Origin: an uncultured Clostridia bacterium
GTDB taxonomy: Bacteria; Bacillota; Clostridia; Christensenellales; DTU072
Direction of reading: 5' to 3'
Assembly: GCA_944371785.1 (NCBI GenBank)
Contig: CALVXZ010000004.1
Span: forward strand, 1-41,147
Length of the DNA: 41,147 nucleotides
How positions within the stretch are numbered: position 1 is the first letter of the stretch; each line of letters starts with the position of its first letter. Positions 38,883-41,147 of this stretch are shown here, piece after piece. Both the position numbers and the translations under genes were made by a program. Below the pieces are notes generated by a model, which ran no database searches, was not told the origin of the DNA, and saw only the letters and a program-made list of their open reading frames with translations.

Positions 38883-40537
38883 TGTACGGCGTCCTGCTGA
38901 AGAAATCGATCCGCGAAAGATTTTCGTTCGATAAAAAGCGCGCCGACGTTTCCGGCGCGCTGCTGTCGTTATTGCTGACTGCGGCTCTGTTGTTCGCGGC
39001 GGTGACGGTGATATCGAATCTTTCCGTGTTGTATGCGGATATCGAAATGGACGGGATCGCCGACCGCGACGCGCGCGTGACGGAACTTCTCAGCTTTATT
39101 TACGCCGTGATTTTCGTAATAGGAGTCGGCGACGGCATTAAAAACATCAATTTCGCTCTGTTCGAAAACGAAGACCGCAAGATCCTGATGACTCTGCCGG
39201 TGAAATCTTCGACCATATTCTACAGCAAACTCACGTCCGTGTACGTCAGACAGCTTTTTGCCGTCGCGGTGATGCTGATACCCGTAAACATAGCTATGGC
39301 AAACGCGGCGGAAGCGGACGCGGTATATATAGGTATGACGATACTTGCGATTCCGCTTTTCCCGGGACTTACATTGTTGGCGTCGTCGATACTGTGTTTT
39401 CCGGTATACATCCTGAAAAGGATGCTGAAATCCAAATACCTTATCAGCCTGATCCTGGCTACCGCCGTTCTGGCGCTTCTTTTTTACGGGTACAAATATA
39501 TTCTCGAATTCATACGCGAACTGTTTACGACGGGCAACATAAGATTTTTCTTTGACGACGACGTTATGAATTTTATGATCGCCTTCAATAAATATGCTTA
39601 CCCCGTGAACCTGATAGCAAAGCTGATGATAGGGGCGGAGCTCACGAAAAACATCCTGATACTTTGCGCGGTCACCGTTGCGGCTTTCGCGGCGGGATTC
39701 GGAGTGGTGGCTCTGTTGTATAACAAGGTCCAGCTGATGAGAGCTTCCTCTTCGAAGCACGCTTCCTCGTCTCTGAAAAGGGCGGGCAGAAGAAAAAGCG
39801 TTTTCAGCGGACTGTTCGCAAAAGAATTTTTCCAGATATACCGCACGCCTTCCTACGCTTTTCAATACTTTTCGGTGGCTGTGATAATGCCGCTGATGGT
39901 GTATTTTTGTATGGGTATCGGCGAGGATCTGTTAAAACAGCTGATAATGGCGGACGCTTCGGCGGAACTCGGGTTGTTTTTGGTGCTGACCTTCGGCGCG
40001 CTGACGAACACATTCTCCGCGACGAACATTTCGCGCGACGGCTATGCGTTTTATACGCTGAAGGCAATGCCCGTGAAACCGTCGATGATCATAAACGTCA
40101 AAGTACTGTTTTCGGCGATGATAGCCGTTTTGTCGATACTGATCAGCGCCGTCGTTCTGGTCGTCGCCGAATTCGTGACGGTTGGCGAGGCGACGTATAT
40201 ATTCTTTGTGGCGCTGTTCATGGCTTTGGCGCAGATCGCGTTCGCCACGGGGAAGGATCTGAGGCATCCTTCGTTTTCCGCGGAAGAAGATAACGAAGTG
40301 CGCGAATCTACGCAAACGGTTTCCCAAATAATTATTTTAGGTTTACTGACAGGGCTGATTTTGGGCGGCGGCTCGTTGTTTGTTTCAGTGTTCCTGTCGG
40401 GCGTGACTCCGGCTGCGGAAAGCTATGTGAAGGCAGGTTCGCTGGTGCTGTCCGCGATCATTGCGGCGCTGTCGTTCGTCTATTTGTATAAGGGGTTACC
40501 CGAAAGACTTTACAATATGTCGGAGGGTGAGAATTGA
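38882..40537 (+). CDS. ABC exporter permease subunit
   Basis: Many TM helices; L..LPVK...IF.SKL and ISRDG...LK.MPV motifs; coupled to the ATPase gene. Confidence 0.85.
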   Translation: MYGVLLKKSIRERFSFDKKRADVSGALLSLLLTAALLFAAVTVISNLSVLYADIEMDGIADRDARVTELLSFIYAVIFVIGVGDGIKNINFALFENEDRKILMTLPVKSSTIFYSKLTSVYVRQLFAVAVMLIPVNIAMANAAEADAVYIGMTILAIPLFPGLTLLASSILCFPVYILKRMLKSKYLISLILATAVLALLFYGYKYILEFIRELFTTGNIRFFFDDDVMNFMIAFNKYAYPVNLIAKLMIGAELTKNILILCAVTVAAFAAGFGVVALLYNKVQLMRASSSKHASSSLKRAGRRKSVFSGLFAKEFFQIYRTPSYAFQYFSVAVIMPLMVYFCMGIGEDLLKQLIMADASAELGLFLVLTFGALTNTFSATNISRDGYAFYTLKAMPVKPSMIINVKVLFSAMIAVLSILISAVVLVVAEFVTVGEATYIFFVALFMALAQIAFATGKDLRHPSFSAEEDNEVRESTQTVSQIIILGLLTGLILGGGSLFVSVFLSGVTPAAESYVKAGSLVLSAIIAALSFVYLYKGLPERLYNMSEGEN

Positions 40538-41147
40538 AAAAGAAAGTTATACTGCTGATAATAGTTCTGCCTTTGGTGTTTATGCTGACGCTGTTTACGA
40601 TAGGCGCGGCGGTTTCCGTGATGATAGCGGTGCCGGTATCCGGCATAACCATCACCACGCCTTCCGAAGACGGCGTTTTGACGATAGACATATCCGATTA
40701 CGACGCGGCGAACCTGCCTCTTCTGAACGCTTCGGTGGAGCCGCTGAACGCCGCGAACAAAGAATGGAGCTATTCCGCCGAAGGCGATTCCGTCAGGCTG
40801 ATCCCCGCGAAGGAAGGATATCTGATAAGCCCCGAAAACGTAGGGACCACTAAACTGACGGTACGTTCGTCGGACGGAGGATACACCGATTCTCTGACGG
40901 TGGAAGTCGTCAGCGCCGAGCTTTGGGACCTGGAGCCGACTGTCGAATACGACGAGACCGCGGTTCAGATGACAAAAACCGATCTGAACAGGTATTCTGT
41001 CACGTTGGACGCGGCGGCGGGACGCCGCTACCGCTTCGGAGCGGACGCGGTCCCGGCTTCGTTCGGCGGAGCCGACGTCGAATGGGGATCGGCGCAGGAA
41101 AACGTATTGAAAGTAGACCGCTACACGGGCATAGCGATACCTGTTTC
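40534..41147 (+). CDS. Membrane-anchored Ig-like (Big_2-type) domain protein, truncated by window end
   Basis: TTG start overlapping the permease stop, after GGAGG; MKKKVILLIIVLPLVFMLTLF..., VPVSGITI, ASVEPLNAANK..., GTTKLTVRSSDGGYTDSLTVEV; missing from ORF track. Confidence 0.8.
   Translation, partial: MKKKVILLIIVLPLVFMLTLFTIGAAVSVMIAVPVSGITITTPSEDGVLTIDISDYDAANLPLLNASVEPLNAANKEWSYSAEGDSVRLIPAKEGYLISPENVGTTKLTVRSSDGGYTDSLTVEVVSAELWDLEPTVEYDETAVQMTKTDLNRYSVTLDAAAGRRYRFGADAVPASFGGADVEWGSAQENVLKVDRYTGIAIPV

Noticed and set aside
1-41147. CRISPR arrays, tRNA or rRNA genes, intact transposases or integrases
   Set aside because: None recognised by eye in this window

Overview
Firmicute (Clostridia-like) chromosomal window in two parts. 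(1) About 760-9235 is an accessory island. It carries a DUF6088/AbiEii type IV toxin-antitoxin pair on the + strand. It also carries a visibly AT-rich, tightly coupled four-gene operon on the - strand: C5-cytosine methyltransferase with a long C-terminal extension, ParB/Srx-fold protein, SNF2 helicase, DUF3883 nuclease. A pseudogenised excisionase-type HTH gene lies directly upstream of that operon. I cannot match this four-gene architecture to a named defence system, and it is the best candidate for an undescribed system. Both island flanks are 5'-truncated host genes, and the right junction is an in-frame chimera of a serine-recombinase fragment and a GH18 C-terminus. (2) About 9400-41147 is housekeeping DNA: zinc-ribbon membrane protein, lpdA, SGNH hydrolase, argG-H-C-J-B-F-carA-carB (no argD; CarB is fused to a DapF-fold domain in which both catalytic Cys are replaced by Ser), ybaK, THUMP RNA methyltransferase, GPH/MFS symporter, punA-add, lipid kinase, trkAH, a yybP-ykoY riboswitch ahead of a P-type ATPase, deoC, and an ABC transporter followed by an Ig-like surface protein. 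All calls rest on motif recognition by eye; no searches were run.
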